Shown one piece after another: positions 23,384 through 32,558 of a DNA stretch of 64,000 nucleotides; the stretch's first letter is position 1, and the number at the start of each line of letters is the position of its first letter. The notes under the pieces were generated by a model. The model worked only from the letters and a program-made list of their open reading frames with translations, did no database searches and had not been told where the DNA came from. The translations under genes were made by a program, and so were the position numbers. Location of the stretch: contig CAWBMV010000017.1 in NCBI GenBank assembly GCA_963789955.1, positions 64,001 to 128,000 on the forward strand, read 5' to 3'. This stretch comes from an uncultured Candidatus Rokubacteria bacterium (GTDB lineage Bacteria; Methylomirabilota; Methylomirabilia; Rokubacteriales; CSP1-6).

Positions 23384-24973
23384 ATGCGGAATACTCTTCG
23401 TTCACGATTCTTGATCGGCTGCCTCGTGCTGGGGCTGGCGGCGACGCTCGTCCCCGCGGCCGGCGCGCAGAAGCGCGGCGGGACCCTGACGATCGTCCGG
23501 CCGACGGACCCGGTCTCGCTCGACCCGAACCTCGAGACCACGGCGCCCGGGGCGTGGGTCTACTTCAACATGCTCGAAGGGCTCCTGACCCTGGACGAGA
23601 AGATGCAGGTCAAGCCGGCGCTGGCGACGTCGTACGAAGTCATGTCGCCGACCAAGGTGCGCTTCAAGCTGCGGCCCGGCGTCAAGTTCCACGACGGCAC
23701 GCCCTTCAACGCGGCGGCCGTGAAGTTCACGTTCGACCGGGCGCTGCGCGGCAATCCGCCGGCGCGCTGGGCCAGCCTCGCGGGCTCGCTCGACGGCGCG
23801 GAGGTGGTCGACGACCTCACCGTCGACGTCGTGACCAAGGAGCCGTACGGCCCGATCTTGAGAACCCTGGCCATGTACTGCATGGGAATGGTCTCGCCGA
23901 CCGCCGTGCAGAAAATGGGCTCGGACTTCAGCCGGGCACCGGTGGGCACCGGGCCTTTCAAGTTCGTCGAGTGGAAGACCAATACCCACGTGATCATCGA
24001 GCGCAACAACGACTACTGGGGTGACAAGGCGCTGGTCGACCGTGTGGTCTTCAAGGTCGTGCCCGAGGAAGGCGCCCGCATGATCGCGCTGCAGACCGGG
24101 GACGCCGACATGGTGCTGTTCCCCTCGCCCGCCCAGCTGCCGGCGCTCCGCAAGGACCCGAAGTTCACCGTGCACGAGACGACCGGCATCCGCGTCGTCT
24201 TCGCCGGCTTCCACGCCGGCTTGCCGCCGCTCGATGACGTGCGCGTGCGGCAGGCCCTGCTCCACGCGGTCGACCGCAAGGCGATTCTCGACAACATCAT
24301 GGAGGGCTCGGCGGGGCCCGCGCTCGGCGTTCTGGCGCCCGGCGTGTTCGGCTTCAAGGACATGCAGCTCGACCGCCTCTATCCGTTCGATCGCGCGAAG
24401 GCGAAGGCGCTTTTGAACCAGGCCGGTTGGACGCCGGGCCCGGACGGGATCATGGTCAAGGGCGGCCAGCGGCTCTCGCTCTCGTGGCTGGCGGCGCGCG
24501 GCCGCTATCCGAAGGACGGCGAGATCACCGAGGCGATCCAGGCCATGTTCAAGGACGTCGGCGTCGAGGCCAAGGTGCAGGTGCTCGAGTGGGCCGCCGT
24601 GTTCCAGCAGGTTCGCGGCAATCCGCTGAACCACCACATGTTCACCTTGGGTTGGGTGACCTCGAACGCCGACGCGGACTATTCGCTCTACGCGCTCTTC
24701 CACAGTAAGCAGGTGCCGCCGGCGGGCTGGAACACGTCACGCTATTCGAACCCGCGAGTGGATACGCTCGTGGAGCAGGCGCGGCGCAGCTTGAACCAGA
24801 CCGAGCGGGAGAAGCTCTACTTCGAGGTGCAGGACATTCTCGGCAAGGAGATGGTGTGGATCCCGGTCTACACGACCAAGGAGATCATCGTCTCGCGTGC
24901 CGCCGTGAAGGGCTTCCACATCCACCCGGTCGAGTACAACCTGACCCTCTCGAAGACCTGGATCGACAAGTAG
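23384..24973 (+). CDS. ABC transporter substrate-binding protein, family 5 (dipeptide/glutathione-like)
   Basis: Signal peptide, SLDP, LRPGVKFHDGTPFNA, GTGPFKF. Confidence 0.93.
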   Translation: MRNTLRSRFLIGCLVLGLAATLVPAAGAQKRGGTLTIVRPTDPVSLDPNLETTAPGAWVYFNMLEGLLTLDEKMQVKPALATSYEVMSPTKVRFKLRPGVKFHDGTPFNAAAVKFTFDRALRGNPPARWASLAGSLDGAEVVDDLTVDVVTKEPYGPILRTLAMYCMGMVSPTAVQKMGSDFSRAPVGTGPFKFVEWKTNTHVIIERNNDYWGDKALVDRVVFKVVPEEGARMIALQTGDADMVLFPSPAQLPALRKDPKFTVHETTGIRVVFAGFHAGLPPLDDVRVRQALLHAVDRKAILDNIMEGSAGPALGVLAPGVFGFKDMQLDRLYPFDRAKAKALLNQAGWTPGPDGIMVKGGQRLSLSWLAARGRYPKDGEITEAIQAMFKDVGVEAKVQVLEWAAVFQQVRGNPLNHHMFTLGWVTSNADADYSLYALFHSKQVPPAGWNTSRYSNPRVDTLVEQARRSLNQTEREKLYFEVQDILGKEMVWIPVYTTKEIIVSRAAVKGFHIHPVEYNLTLSKTWIDK

Positions 24974-24995
24974 GCTTGCGCGCCGGAGGCGGCGG

Positions 24996-25919
24996 ATGTT
25001 GACGTTCATCGTCCGCCGCCTCCTCCTCGCCGTGCCCGTGCTGCTCGGCGTGGTGTTCGTGGTCATGCTCACGGTCGATCTCCTGCCGGGCGACGCGGTG
25101 ACCTTGATGCTCGGCGAGCACGCCACGCAGGACGCCGTCGCCAAGCTTCGCGACCATCTCGGGCTCGACAAGCCGTTCCTCGTCCGCTACCTCGAATACG
25201 TCGGGCGCGTCGTGCGCGGCGACCTGGGCCGCTCGATCCAGCAGAACCGGCCGGTCGCCGCGGAGCTGGCCGACGCGTGGCCGGCGACCCTCGAGCTCAC
25301 GATCGCCGCGCTCGTGCTGGCGGCGGTCGCCGGCATCGTGGCCGGCGTCGCCTCGGCGGTGTGGCCGAACTCGATCTTCGACGCGCTTGCGCGCCTTGGC
25401 TCCTTGTTCGGGCTCTCCATGCCGATCTTCTGGACGGGCCTGGTGCTGATCGTCGTCTTCTCGCTCTGGCTCAACTGGCTTCCGGTCGGCGGCGCGGGCT
25501 CGCTGACGCACCTGATCCTGCCGGCGGTGACCCTGGCGCTGCCGTCGGTGGCGATGATCGCGCGGATGACGCGCGCGGCGGTCCTCGACGTGCTGCGCGA
25601 GGACTACGTGCGGACCGCGCGCGCCAAGGGGCTGGGCGAGTTCTGGGTGCTGGCCCGCCATGCGCTGCGCAACGCGTTCATCCCGATCCTCACCCTGCTC
25701 GGCTTGCAGTCGGGCCAGCTCATGGGCGGCGCCGTCCTCACCGAGACGGTCTTCGCGTGGCCGGGGCTCGGCCGGCTCATGGTCAAGGCGATCTTCGCGC
25801 GCGACTACATCCTGCTGCAGGGCGCGGTGCTCGTGTTCGCGCTCGCGTTCGTCGTGATCAACTTGCTGGTCGATCTCTCGTACGGCCTGCTCGATCCGCG
25901 GATCGGGCGTCAGGGATGA
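24996..25919 (+). CDS. Peptide ABC permease (DppB-like)
   Basis: GDLGRS, DYVRTARAKGL, ETVFAWPGLG, DPRI. Confidence 0.95.
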   Translation: MLTFIVRRLLLAVPVLLGVVFVVMLTVDLLPGDAVTLMLGEHATQDAVAKLRDHLGLDKPFLVRYLEYVGRVVRGDLGRSIQQNRPVAAELADAWPATLELTIAALVLAAVAGIVAGVASAVWPNSIFDALARLGSLFGLSMPIFWTGLVLIVVFSLWLNWLPVGGAGSLTHLILPAVTLALPSVAMIARMTRAAVLDVLREDYVRTARAKGLGEFWVLARHALRNAFIPILTLLGLQSGQLMGGAVLTETVFAWPGLGRLMVKAIFARDYILLQGAVLVFALAFVVINLLVDLSYGLLDPRIGRQG

Positions 25920-26037
25920 TGGCTTTGCGAGCCGCAGGACGTCGCGGGGCTGGGGCCCCGCCGTCCGAGGCGAGCCTATGATGGCTTCGCGAGCCGCAGA
26001 CGTCGCGGGGCTGGGGCCCCGCCGTCCGAGGCGAGCC
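25916..26037 (+). repeat. Two tandem copies of a ~60 bp palindromic repeat
   Basis: ATGATGGCTT(T/C)GCGAGCCGCA(G)GACGTCGCGGGGCTGGGGCCCCGCCGTCCGAGGCGAGCC at 25916-25977 and 25978-26037. Confidence 0.92.
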
Positions 26038-26871
26038 ATGACCGCGTGGAAGCGGTTCTGCCGCAACCGCCTGGCGATGGTCGGCCTGGCGCTGATCGTG
26101 GTTCTCGCCGTGAGCGCCGCGCTGGCGCCCTGGCTCGCGCCCTACGATCCCGCGCGGCAGAGCCTGATCGAGAAGCGCGCGAAACCCGGCGGCAAGTACT
26201 GGCTCGGCGCCGACGAGTTCGGGCGCGACATCCTCTCGCGGGTGATCTACGGCTCGCGGGTGGCGCTCCTGGTCGGCGTGCTGTCGGTGATCATCGCGCT
26301 CACCGGCGGGCTCACCCTGGGCACGGTTTCCGGGTTCGCCGGCGGCTGGCTCGACGCGGTGATGATGCGCGGGATCGAGATCCTCCTGGCCTTTCCCTAT
26401 CTCCTGCTGGCCCTCGCCATCGTCGCGGCCATGGGGACGGGTGCCTTGAACACGACGATCGCGGTCGGCGTGTGGGGCATCCCGACCGTGACGCGGATGG
26501 TCCGCGGCTCGGTGCTGGCGCTGCGCGAGACGGAGTACGTGGGCGCTGCGCGCGCCCTCGGCGCGGCCACGCCGGCCCTGCTCCGGCGCCATATCCTGCC
26601 GAACGTCATCCCCGGGCTGGTCGTCTACGCGACGCTCTTCATGGCGAACGCGATCTTGCTGGAGGCCGCGCTGTCCTTCCTCGGTCTCGGCGTCCAGCCG
26701 CCGACCGCCTCGTGGGGACTGATGGTCTCGACCGGCCGCGACGTCCTGCTGGTCGCCCCGCACGTCGCGACGGTGCCCGGCGTCGCGATCATGGTGGCCG
26801 TGCTCGCGTTCAATCTCGTCGGCGACGGGCTTCGCGACGCGCTCGACCCCCGGATGCGCGGGAGCGCCTGA
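26038..26871 (+). CDS. Peptide ABC permease (DppC-like)
   Basis: LGADEFGRDILSR, LPNV, LSFLGLG..PP.ASWG, GDGLRDALDP; start could be 25978. Confidence 0.95.
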   Translation: MTAWKRFCRNRLAMVGLALIVVLAVSAALAPWLAPYDPARQSLIEKRAKPGGKYWLGADEFGRDILSRVIYGSRVALLVGVLSVIIALTGGLTLGTVSGFAGGWLDAVMMRGIEILLAFPYLLLALAIVAAMGTGALNTTIAVGVWGIPTVTRMVRGSVLALRETEYVGAARALGAATPALLRRHILPNVIPGLVVYATLFMANAILLEAALSFLGLGVQPPTASWGLMVSTGRDVLLVAPHVATVPGVAIMVAVLAFNLVGDGLRDALDPRMRGSA

Positions 26872-26917
26872 GGGAGAGCCGTCGGCTCGGTGTATCATCC
26901 CTGCGAGGAGGTGTTCC

Positions 26918-27808
26918 GTGGCGGCTCGAAGGGAGCGTCCCTCTCTCCGTGATCTGATCCAACGTCCCACCCCCGTGACCGCGCCGCTGGTGCTGAATCC
27001 ATTGATGGCGCGCATGGCGGAAGCGGCCGGCTTCCCGGCGGGCTATCTGGGCGGCGGCTCGACCGGCTACCAGAAGGTCGCGCTCGAGGCGAACCTGAAC
27101 GTGACCGAGATGTGCCAGACGGCCGTCGACATCGGCGCCGTCTCGTCGCTGCCGCTCATCCTCGACGGCGCGTGCGGCTACGGCGACCCGATGCACATGC
27201 ATCGCACGATCGGCATGAGCGAGGCGGCCGGCTTCCAGGCGATCGAGATCGAGGACCAGCTCGTGCCCAAACGCGCCCACCATCACGCCGGCATCGAGCA
27301 CATGATCCCGTCGGAGCTGATGGCGGCCAAGGTGAAGGAAGCGGTGGCGGCACGGCGTAACCCGAATTTCCTCATCGTCGCGCGCACCAACGCGATCCGC
27401 GCCAGCAACATGGACGACGCGCTCCGGCGTGGCGAGGCCTACCGCCGCGCCGGCGCCGATCTTCTGCTGCTCTCGATGGCGCACAAGCCGGAGCAGCTTC
27501 GCACGATCTCGGAGCGGCTCGGCGGGCCGTTGATGTACCTCGCCGGCCGCGGCGGCCTCGCCGGGCTCGGGCTGAGCCTGGCGGATCTCGGCGGGCTCGG
27601 CTACAAGATCGTCGCCGATCCCTCGACGCCGCTCCTGGCCGCGTACGCCGCGTGGAAAAAGGTCTACGAGGAGCTGGCCGACGGATTCGGCGCGAACGTG
27701 AAGACGAAGCCCGACTGGAGCCCGGTCGAGAAGGACATGCTGGGCGTGATCGACCTCGAGAAGCTTCTGGCCATCGAGCGCGCGACCGTCGAGAACGGCA
27801 AGCATTGA
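26918..27808 (+). CDS. Isocitrate lyase/PEP mutase superfamily enzyme
   Basis: D.ACGYG, IEIEDQ..PKR, IVARTN; GAGGAGG RBS before GTG. Confidence 0.88.
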   Translation: MAARRERPSLRDLIQRPTPVTAPLVLNPLMARMAEAAGFPAGYLGGGSTGYQKVALEANLNVTEMCQTAVDIGAVSSLPLILDGACGYGDPMHMHRTIGMSEAAGFQAIEIEDQLVPKRAHHHAGIEHMIPSELMAAKVKEAVAARRNPNFLIVARTNAIRASNMDDALRRGEAYRRAGADLLLLSMAHKPEQLRTISERLGGPLMYLAGRGGLAGLGLSLADLGGLGYKIVADPSTPLLAAYAAWKKVYEELADGFGANVKTKPDWSPVEKDMLGVIDLEKLLAIERATVENGKH

Positions 27809-27860
27809 TGTGCGCGCTGCAGGCCGTCGCGGGGCTGGGGCCCCGCCGGCCGAGGCGCGC
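27806..27860 (+). repeat. Third, diverged copy of the palindromic repeat
   Basis: TGATG..GCAGGCCGTCGCGGGGCTGGGGCCCCGCCGGCCGAGGCGCGC. Confidence 0.85.
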
Positions 27861-27889
27861 TTACGCCTATACATACACGGAGGTAGGCG

Positions 27890-29197
27890 ATGCTCTCGAG
27901 AGAAGACAACGAGCTGATGTGCCGGGTCGGACGCGGGACCGAGATGGGCGATCTTCTCCGCCACTACTGGATGCCGTTCCTTCCCTCGACGGAGCTGCCC
28001 GAGCCCGACTGCGCGCCGAAGAAGGTGCGCCTGCTCGGCGAGGATCTCGTGGCGTTCCGCGACACGCGGGGCCAGGTGGGGCTGATGGCCGCCAACTGTC
28101 CCCATCGCGGCGCGTCGCTCTTCTTCGGCCGCAACGAAGACTGTGGGATTCGGTGCGTCTATCACGGCTGGAAGTTCGACGTGTCCGGACAGTGCGTCGA
28201 CATGCCGAACGAGCCCGCCGAGAGCACCTTCAGGGACAAGGTCCGCGCCCGCGCCTATCCGTGCCGTGACGTCAACGGCGTGCTGTGGACGTACATGGGG
28301 CCGCGCGCCCAGGCGCCGGCGTTCCCCGCGTTCGAGGTCAACACCCTCCCGGCCGACCACGTGTACCCGCCGCTGATGATGCTGGAGGAGTGCAACTGGG
28401 TCCAGGCGCTCGAGGGCGACATCGATTCCTCGCACATCGACTACGTCCACGCCAAGCTCCACCCGGACGTGAAGCAGCGCGGCACGTTCCACCAGGACAA
28501 GCGGCCGCGCCTCGAGGTGCTGCCGACGGACTACGGCGCCTGCTATTCGGCGCGCCGCCGCTGGGACGTCGACGGCCTCTACTGGCATCGCATCACCCAG
28601 TTCATCCTGCCGTTCTATTCGATGATCGCCGCCAGCGACCCCAACACGGTCTCGGCGCGCGCGTGGGTGCCGCTCGACGACAACTACAACCTCCAGATCA
28701 TGATGCGCGGGCGGCTGGATCGGCCGGTGACGGACCAGGAGCGCGAGCTGACGCGCAACCCGTTCACCGCCTGGGGCGGCTATCTCGAGGCCACGAGCGA
28801 CCCGCACACGCGCTATTACACGAAGGCGAACATCCACAACGACTACCTGGTCGACCGTCAGCTCGCCAAGAAGGAGCTGATGATCGGCATTCCGTTCCTC
28901 GTCAACCTCCAGGACCGGGCGATGACCGAGACGATGGGGCCGATCTACGATCGCACGCAGGAGCACCTCGGCACGACCGACGCGATGGTGATCTACGTCC
29001 GGCGCCGGTTGATCGAGGCCGCGCGGGCGCTTCGCGAGCACGGTGTGGTCCCGGCGAACGTCGACGACGGCAGCATGTGCCGGGTGCGCCCGGCGTCCGT
29101 GCTGTTGCCCGAGGGCGACAGCTGGATCTCGGCGACCGAGAAGGCGCGTCAGTCGGATTCCGGCGTGCCGATCGCCTGGGTGCCCTTCGCGCAGTGA
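27890..29197 (+). CDS. Rieske non-heme iron oxygenase, phthalate 4,5-dioxygenase-like
   Basis: CPHRG...C.YHGWKFD Rieske motif; EG.IDSSH..Y.H and QD mononuclear iron ligands. Confidence 0.93.
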   Translation: MLSREDNELMCRVGRGTEMGDLLRHYWMPFLPSTELPEPDCAPKKVRLLGEDLVAFRDTRGQVGLMAANCPHRGASLFFGRNEDCGIRCVYHGWKFDVSGQCVDMPNEPAESTFRDKVRARAYPCRDVNGVLWTYMGPRAQAPAFPAFEVNTLPADHVYPPLMMLEECNWVQALEGDIDSSHIDYVHAKLHPDVKQRGTFHQDKRPRLEVLPTDYGACYSARRRWDVDGLYWHRITQFILPFYSMIAASDPNTVSARAWVPLDDNYNLQIMMRGRLDRPVTDQERELTRNPFTAWGGYLEATSDPHTRYYTKANIHNDYLVDRQLAKKELMIGIPFLVNLQDRAMTETMGPIYDRTQEHLGTTDAMVIYVRRRLIEAARALREHGVVPANVDDGSMCRVRPASVLLPEGDSWISATEKARQSDSGVPIAWVPFAQ

Positions 29198-29463
29198 CCC
29201 CGGTGGAGCCCGAAGACGACGGCGTCCGCGACCTGGCCTACTACGAGGCGGTGCCCTACCTGCTCGTGGTCGAGTCGGTGGAGCGCGGCGGGCGATGGCT
29301 TCGCCGGGCCGAGCATCCGGAGCTTCCCGGATGCTTTGTCGAGGCGGAATCCGCCGTCGAGGCCATGGAGAAGCTCGAGGACGAGCGCCGGCGCCTCATC
29401 AGGCAGATGTGGGATCGCGGAGAGCCGATTCCGGCGCCTCGCGCCCCGCTGCGCGGTATTTGA
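29194..29463 (+). CDS. Small HicB-like (partial RNase H fold) protein
   Basis: Y...Y.L...A..PELPGC..EA....EA...L......W..GEPIP.P pattern; GTG overlaps the Rieske gene stop. Confidence 0.65.
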   Translation: MTPVEPEDDGVRDLAYYEAVPYLLVVESVERGGRWLRRAEHPELPGCFVEAESAVEAMEKLEDERRRLIRQMWDRGEPIPAPRAPLRGI

Positions 29464-29589
29464 GCACGGCGCGACGAATGTTGATCGTCTGACACACGTG
29501 TAACTCTTACCTCGCGTAGCCGTCCGTTCCGACACGGCCCTTACAGCTCCAGGGCCGTACAAATCACCGCTTTGCCGCTCGGTGGCTCC

Positions 29590-29604
29590 TGGCACACGAG
29601 TTGC
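29590..29604 (+). promoter_or_regulatory. Sigma-54 (-24/-12) promoter
   Basis: TGGCAC-ACGAG-TTGC, exact consensus and spacing, in a lower-GC intergenic region. Confidence 0.75.
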
Positions 29605-29745
29605 CTTGCCATGACTCCAGGGTTCGGTCGTCCATCAAGAGGAGGGCCTGTTCGGTGCACGTCGAGTCGTCGCGTTTCCGCGGTTGGCGCGGCACCGGGC
29701 GTCACCGTATCGAAGCGCCGCCCTCTCGAGCCCCGCACGGATGAC

Positions 29746-31530
29746 ATGGGCCGGCTTGCGCGGCGCATGCTTCCTTATATCCGTGCCCACTGGCCGCGGC
29801 TCGTCTGGCCGCTCGTGCTGGCGATGCTCATCAGTGCCTGCGAGCTGCTCAAGCCCTGGCCGCTCAAGATCGTCATCGATTCAGTCCTCGGCGGCCAGCC
29901 CCTACCCTGGGAGTGGGCGCGCGGATGGTCGAGCTCAGCCGTGCTCCTGCTCTCGTGCGTGGCGCTCGTAGGGCTCTACGCCGTCCTCGGCGCGCTGCAC
30001 ATGCTGAACAACTACACGACGGTCGACGTCGGGCAGCGTCTGGTGACCGACCTGCGCAGCGCGGTCTACGCGCACCTGCATCAGCTGTCGCTCGACTTCT
30101 ACACCCGCGCACGAGTCGGTGACCTGCTCTACCGAGTGACTGCCGATACCCTCGCGCTGCAGTCGCTGACCGTGAGCTGCCTGTTCCCGACCGCGACCGC
30201 CGCGATCCTGCTCGTCGGCATGATCTCGGTCATGCTCCAGCTCGATGCGACCTTGACCCTGCTGGCGCTCGCGGTGTGCCCCGCGCTGTTCGTCATCATC
30301 AAGCGGCTCGACGGTCGCGTGACTCGCGCCGCGGGCAAGTTCCGCGAAAGCGAGAGCGAAGTCTACACGGTGGTGCAGCGGGCGATGTCCGCGATGCGAC
30401 TGATCCAGGCCTTCGCGCGCGAGGACGACGAGCACCGGCGGTTCATGGCCGCGAGCCGCCAGAGCCTCGCCGCCGGCCTGAAACTCCACACGCTCCAGAC
30501 CTTCTACGGCTTCGTGATCAGCATGGTGATCGCGGTCGGCACGGCCGGCGTCGTGTGGGTCGGGGCCCGACACGTCCTGGACGGCACGCTCAGCGTGGGG
30601 TCGCTCGTGATCTTCGTCGCGTATCTCGCGGCGCTCTACAGCCCCATCAACAGCATGTTCCAGACCTGGGGAATCGCGCAGACCTCGACGGTCGGCGTGC
30701 GGCGCGTGTTCGATCTGCTCGACGTCGAGCGCGAGATCGCCGACGGAACCCTGGATTTCCCGGCCGGCGGCGCGCGCGGCCAGGTGATCTTCGATCGTGT
30801 CGCGTTCGAGTATTCGGGCGGCCACCGGGTGCTCAACGACATCAGCCTGCGCGTCCAGCCGGGACAGACCGTCGCGATCGTCGGCGCGACCGGCGCGGGG
30901 AAGTCGACGCTCCTGAGCCTCCTGCCGCGCTTCTACGACACGACGGGCGGCCGGATCCTCGTCGACGGCGTGGACGTGCGCGAGTACCGGCTCGCGTCGC
31001 TGCGTCGCCAGATCGCCATGGTCCTGCAGCCTCCGCTGCTCTTGCCGACCAGTGTCCGCGACAACATCGCGCTCGGGCGGCCGGAGGCCGGTCTCGACGA
31101 CATCGTGGCCGTGGCGCGCCTGGCGCGTATCCACGACACCATCCTGGCGTTGCCCGACGGGTACGACACCGTCGTGGGGGAGCAGGGCGTCACGCTCTCC
31201 GAGGGTGAGAAGCAGCGAATCACCATCGCGCGCGCGCTGCTGCGCGACGCGCCGATTCTCATCCTGGACGAGCCGACCTCGGCCATGGATGCCGAGACCG
31301 AAGCGCTCTTCCTGCAGGGGCTCGAGCGCTTCGGGACGGGCCGGACGACCTTCGTCATCGCCCATCGTCTCTCGACGGTCCGGAAGGCCGACGTCATCGT
31401 CGTCCTGCGCGACGGCCAGATCGTCGAGCAAGGGACCTTCGAATCGCTCCTGGAGTACCCGGGCGTGTTCGCGTCGCTCTGGAGGATGGCGGAAGGCGTC
31501 CCGGCGGAGCCCGCCGTCGCGGTGCCGTAG
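29746..31530 (+). CDS. ABC exporter, fused permease/ATPase (MsbA-like architecture)
   Basis: N-terminal TMD, GATGAGKS, LSEGEKQR, ILILDEPT, IAHRL; start position uncertain. Confidence 0.92.
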   Translation: MGRLARRMLPYIRAHWPRLVWPLVLAMLISACELLKPWPLKIVIDSVLGGQPLPWEWARGWSSSAVLLLSCVALVGLYAVLGALHMLNNYTTVDVGQRLVTDLRSAVYAHLHQLSLDFYTRARVGDLLYRVTADTLALQSLTVSCLFPTATAAILLVGMISVMLQLDATLTLLALAVCPALFVIIKRLDGRVTRAAGKFRESESEVYTVVQRAMSAMRLIQAFAREDDEHRRFMAASRQSLAAGLKLHTLQTFYGFVISMVIAVGTAGVVWVGARHVLDGTLSVGSLVIFVAYLAALYSPINSMFQTWGIAQTSTVGVRRVFDLLDVEREIADGTLDFPAGGARGQVIFDRVAFEYSGGHRVLNDISLRVQPGQTVAIVGATGAGKSTLLSLLPRFYDTTGGRILVDGVDVREYRLASLRRQIAMVLQPPLLLPTSVRDNIALGRPEAGLDDIVAVARLARIHDTILALPDGYDTVVGEQGVTLSEGEKQRITIARALLRDAPILILDEPTSAMDAETEALFLQGLERFGTGRTTFVIAHRLSTVRKADVIVVLRDGQIVEQGTFESLLEYPGVFASLWRMAEGVPAEPAVAVP

Positions 31531-31536
31531 CGGCGC

Positions 31537-32538
31537 CTAGTATCCCTTCGCCCGGTCGACCAGGTTCAAGAGCGGCGCGCCGTCCAGGTAGCGCCGCAGA
31601 TTCTCCGCGAACAGCGTGCAGCAGTCGTCGTCGTAGCTCGCGACGAAGCCGGAGACGTGCGGCGACAGGATGGCGTTCGGCGCGCCGTACAGGGGATGGC
31701 CGGCCGGCGGCGGCTCCTGCGCGAACACGTCGACCGCGGCGCCGGCGATGCGCTGCTCGGCGAGCGCCCGCGTGAGCGCGGTCTCGTCGACGCTGGCGCC
31801 GCGCCCGACATTGATGAAGTAGGCCGTCCGCTTCATCGCCGCGAGCTCGGCTGCGCCGATCATGTGCTGCGTCTCGCGCGTGAGCGGCGCGCACATCACG
31901 ACCACGTCCGACGCCGCGAGCAGCGCGTGCAGCTCCGCCGGCGAGAACCACCCGTCGGGCAGGCGGCCCTCGGGGTCCCCGGTGCCGGCCGGGCAGTAGC
32001 CCTGATCGGCGTGCCGAGCCGGATCGCGCTTGCACGCGAGCACGCGCATGGCGAACGCGGTTTTGGCGATCCGGGCGAGCTCGCGGCCGATGCTGCCGTA
32101 GCCGATGACGCCGAGCGTTGCGCCGCGCACCGCGGTCGGCACGAACAAGGGCCACCGCTGCTCGTCGGGCGGCCAGACGCCCCGGCCTTGCCACTCGACC
32201 ATGCGCGGCACGCGATGCGCCAGCGCCAGGAGCGCGGTCATCGCGTACTCGGCGACCGTGGCCGCGTGCACGCCGCTCGCGGTCGTCAGCGCGAGCGCCG
32301 CGTCGGCGTAGAGCGGGTGCTGGTGGAGCCCGTTCACCCCGGCCATGTGGACCTGGATCCACTTGAGGTTCGGGGCGCGGGAGCGATCGCGCGGCAGCAC
32401 GACCCCGTACAGGATCTCGGCGCGTGAATAGTCGGCGGTGTCGGGATCGGAGCGGGTCACGGTGAGGCGCGGCGAGATACGCCGAAGGCGATCGAGCTGG
32501 GCCTCGCCAAAGGCCGCGGTCACGAGCAGGTTCGGCAT
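31537..32538 (-). CDS. D-isomer-specific 2-hydroxyacid dehydrogenase
   Basis: GYGSIG, INVGRG, DVF..EP, SPH. Confidence 0.92.
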   Translation of the reverse strand: MPNLLVTAAFGEAQLDRLRRISPRLTVTRSDPDTADYSRAEILYGVVLPRDRSRAPNLKWIQVHMAGVNGLHQHPLYADAALALTTASGVHAATVAEYAMTALLALAHRVPRMVEWQGRGVWPPDEQRWPLFVPTAVRGATLGVIGYGSIGRELARIAKTAFAMRVLACKRDPARHADQGYCPAGTGDPEGRLPDGWFSPAELHALLAASDVVVMCAPLTRETQHMIGAAELAAMKRTAYFINVGRGASVDETALTRALAEQRIAGAAVDVFAQEPPPAGHPLYGAPNAILSPHVSGFVASYDDDCCTLFAENLRRYLDGAPLLNLVDRAKGY

Positions 32539-32558
32539 GCCGGTCGGCGATTCCTCCC

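Noticed and set aside
25916..26037. Tandem palindromic repeats as a mini CRISPR array
   Set aside because: Units are about 60 bp, directly adjacent with no spacers, and no cas genes are present.
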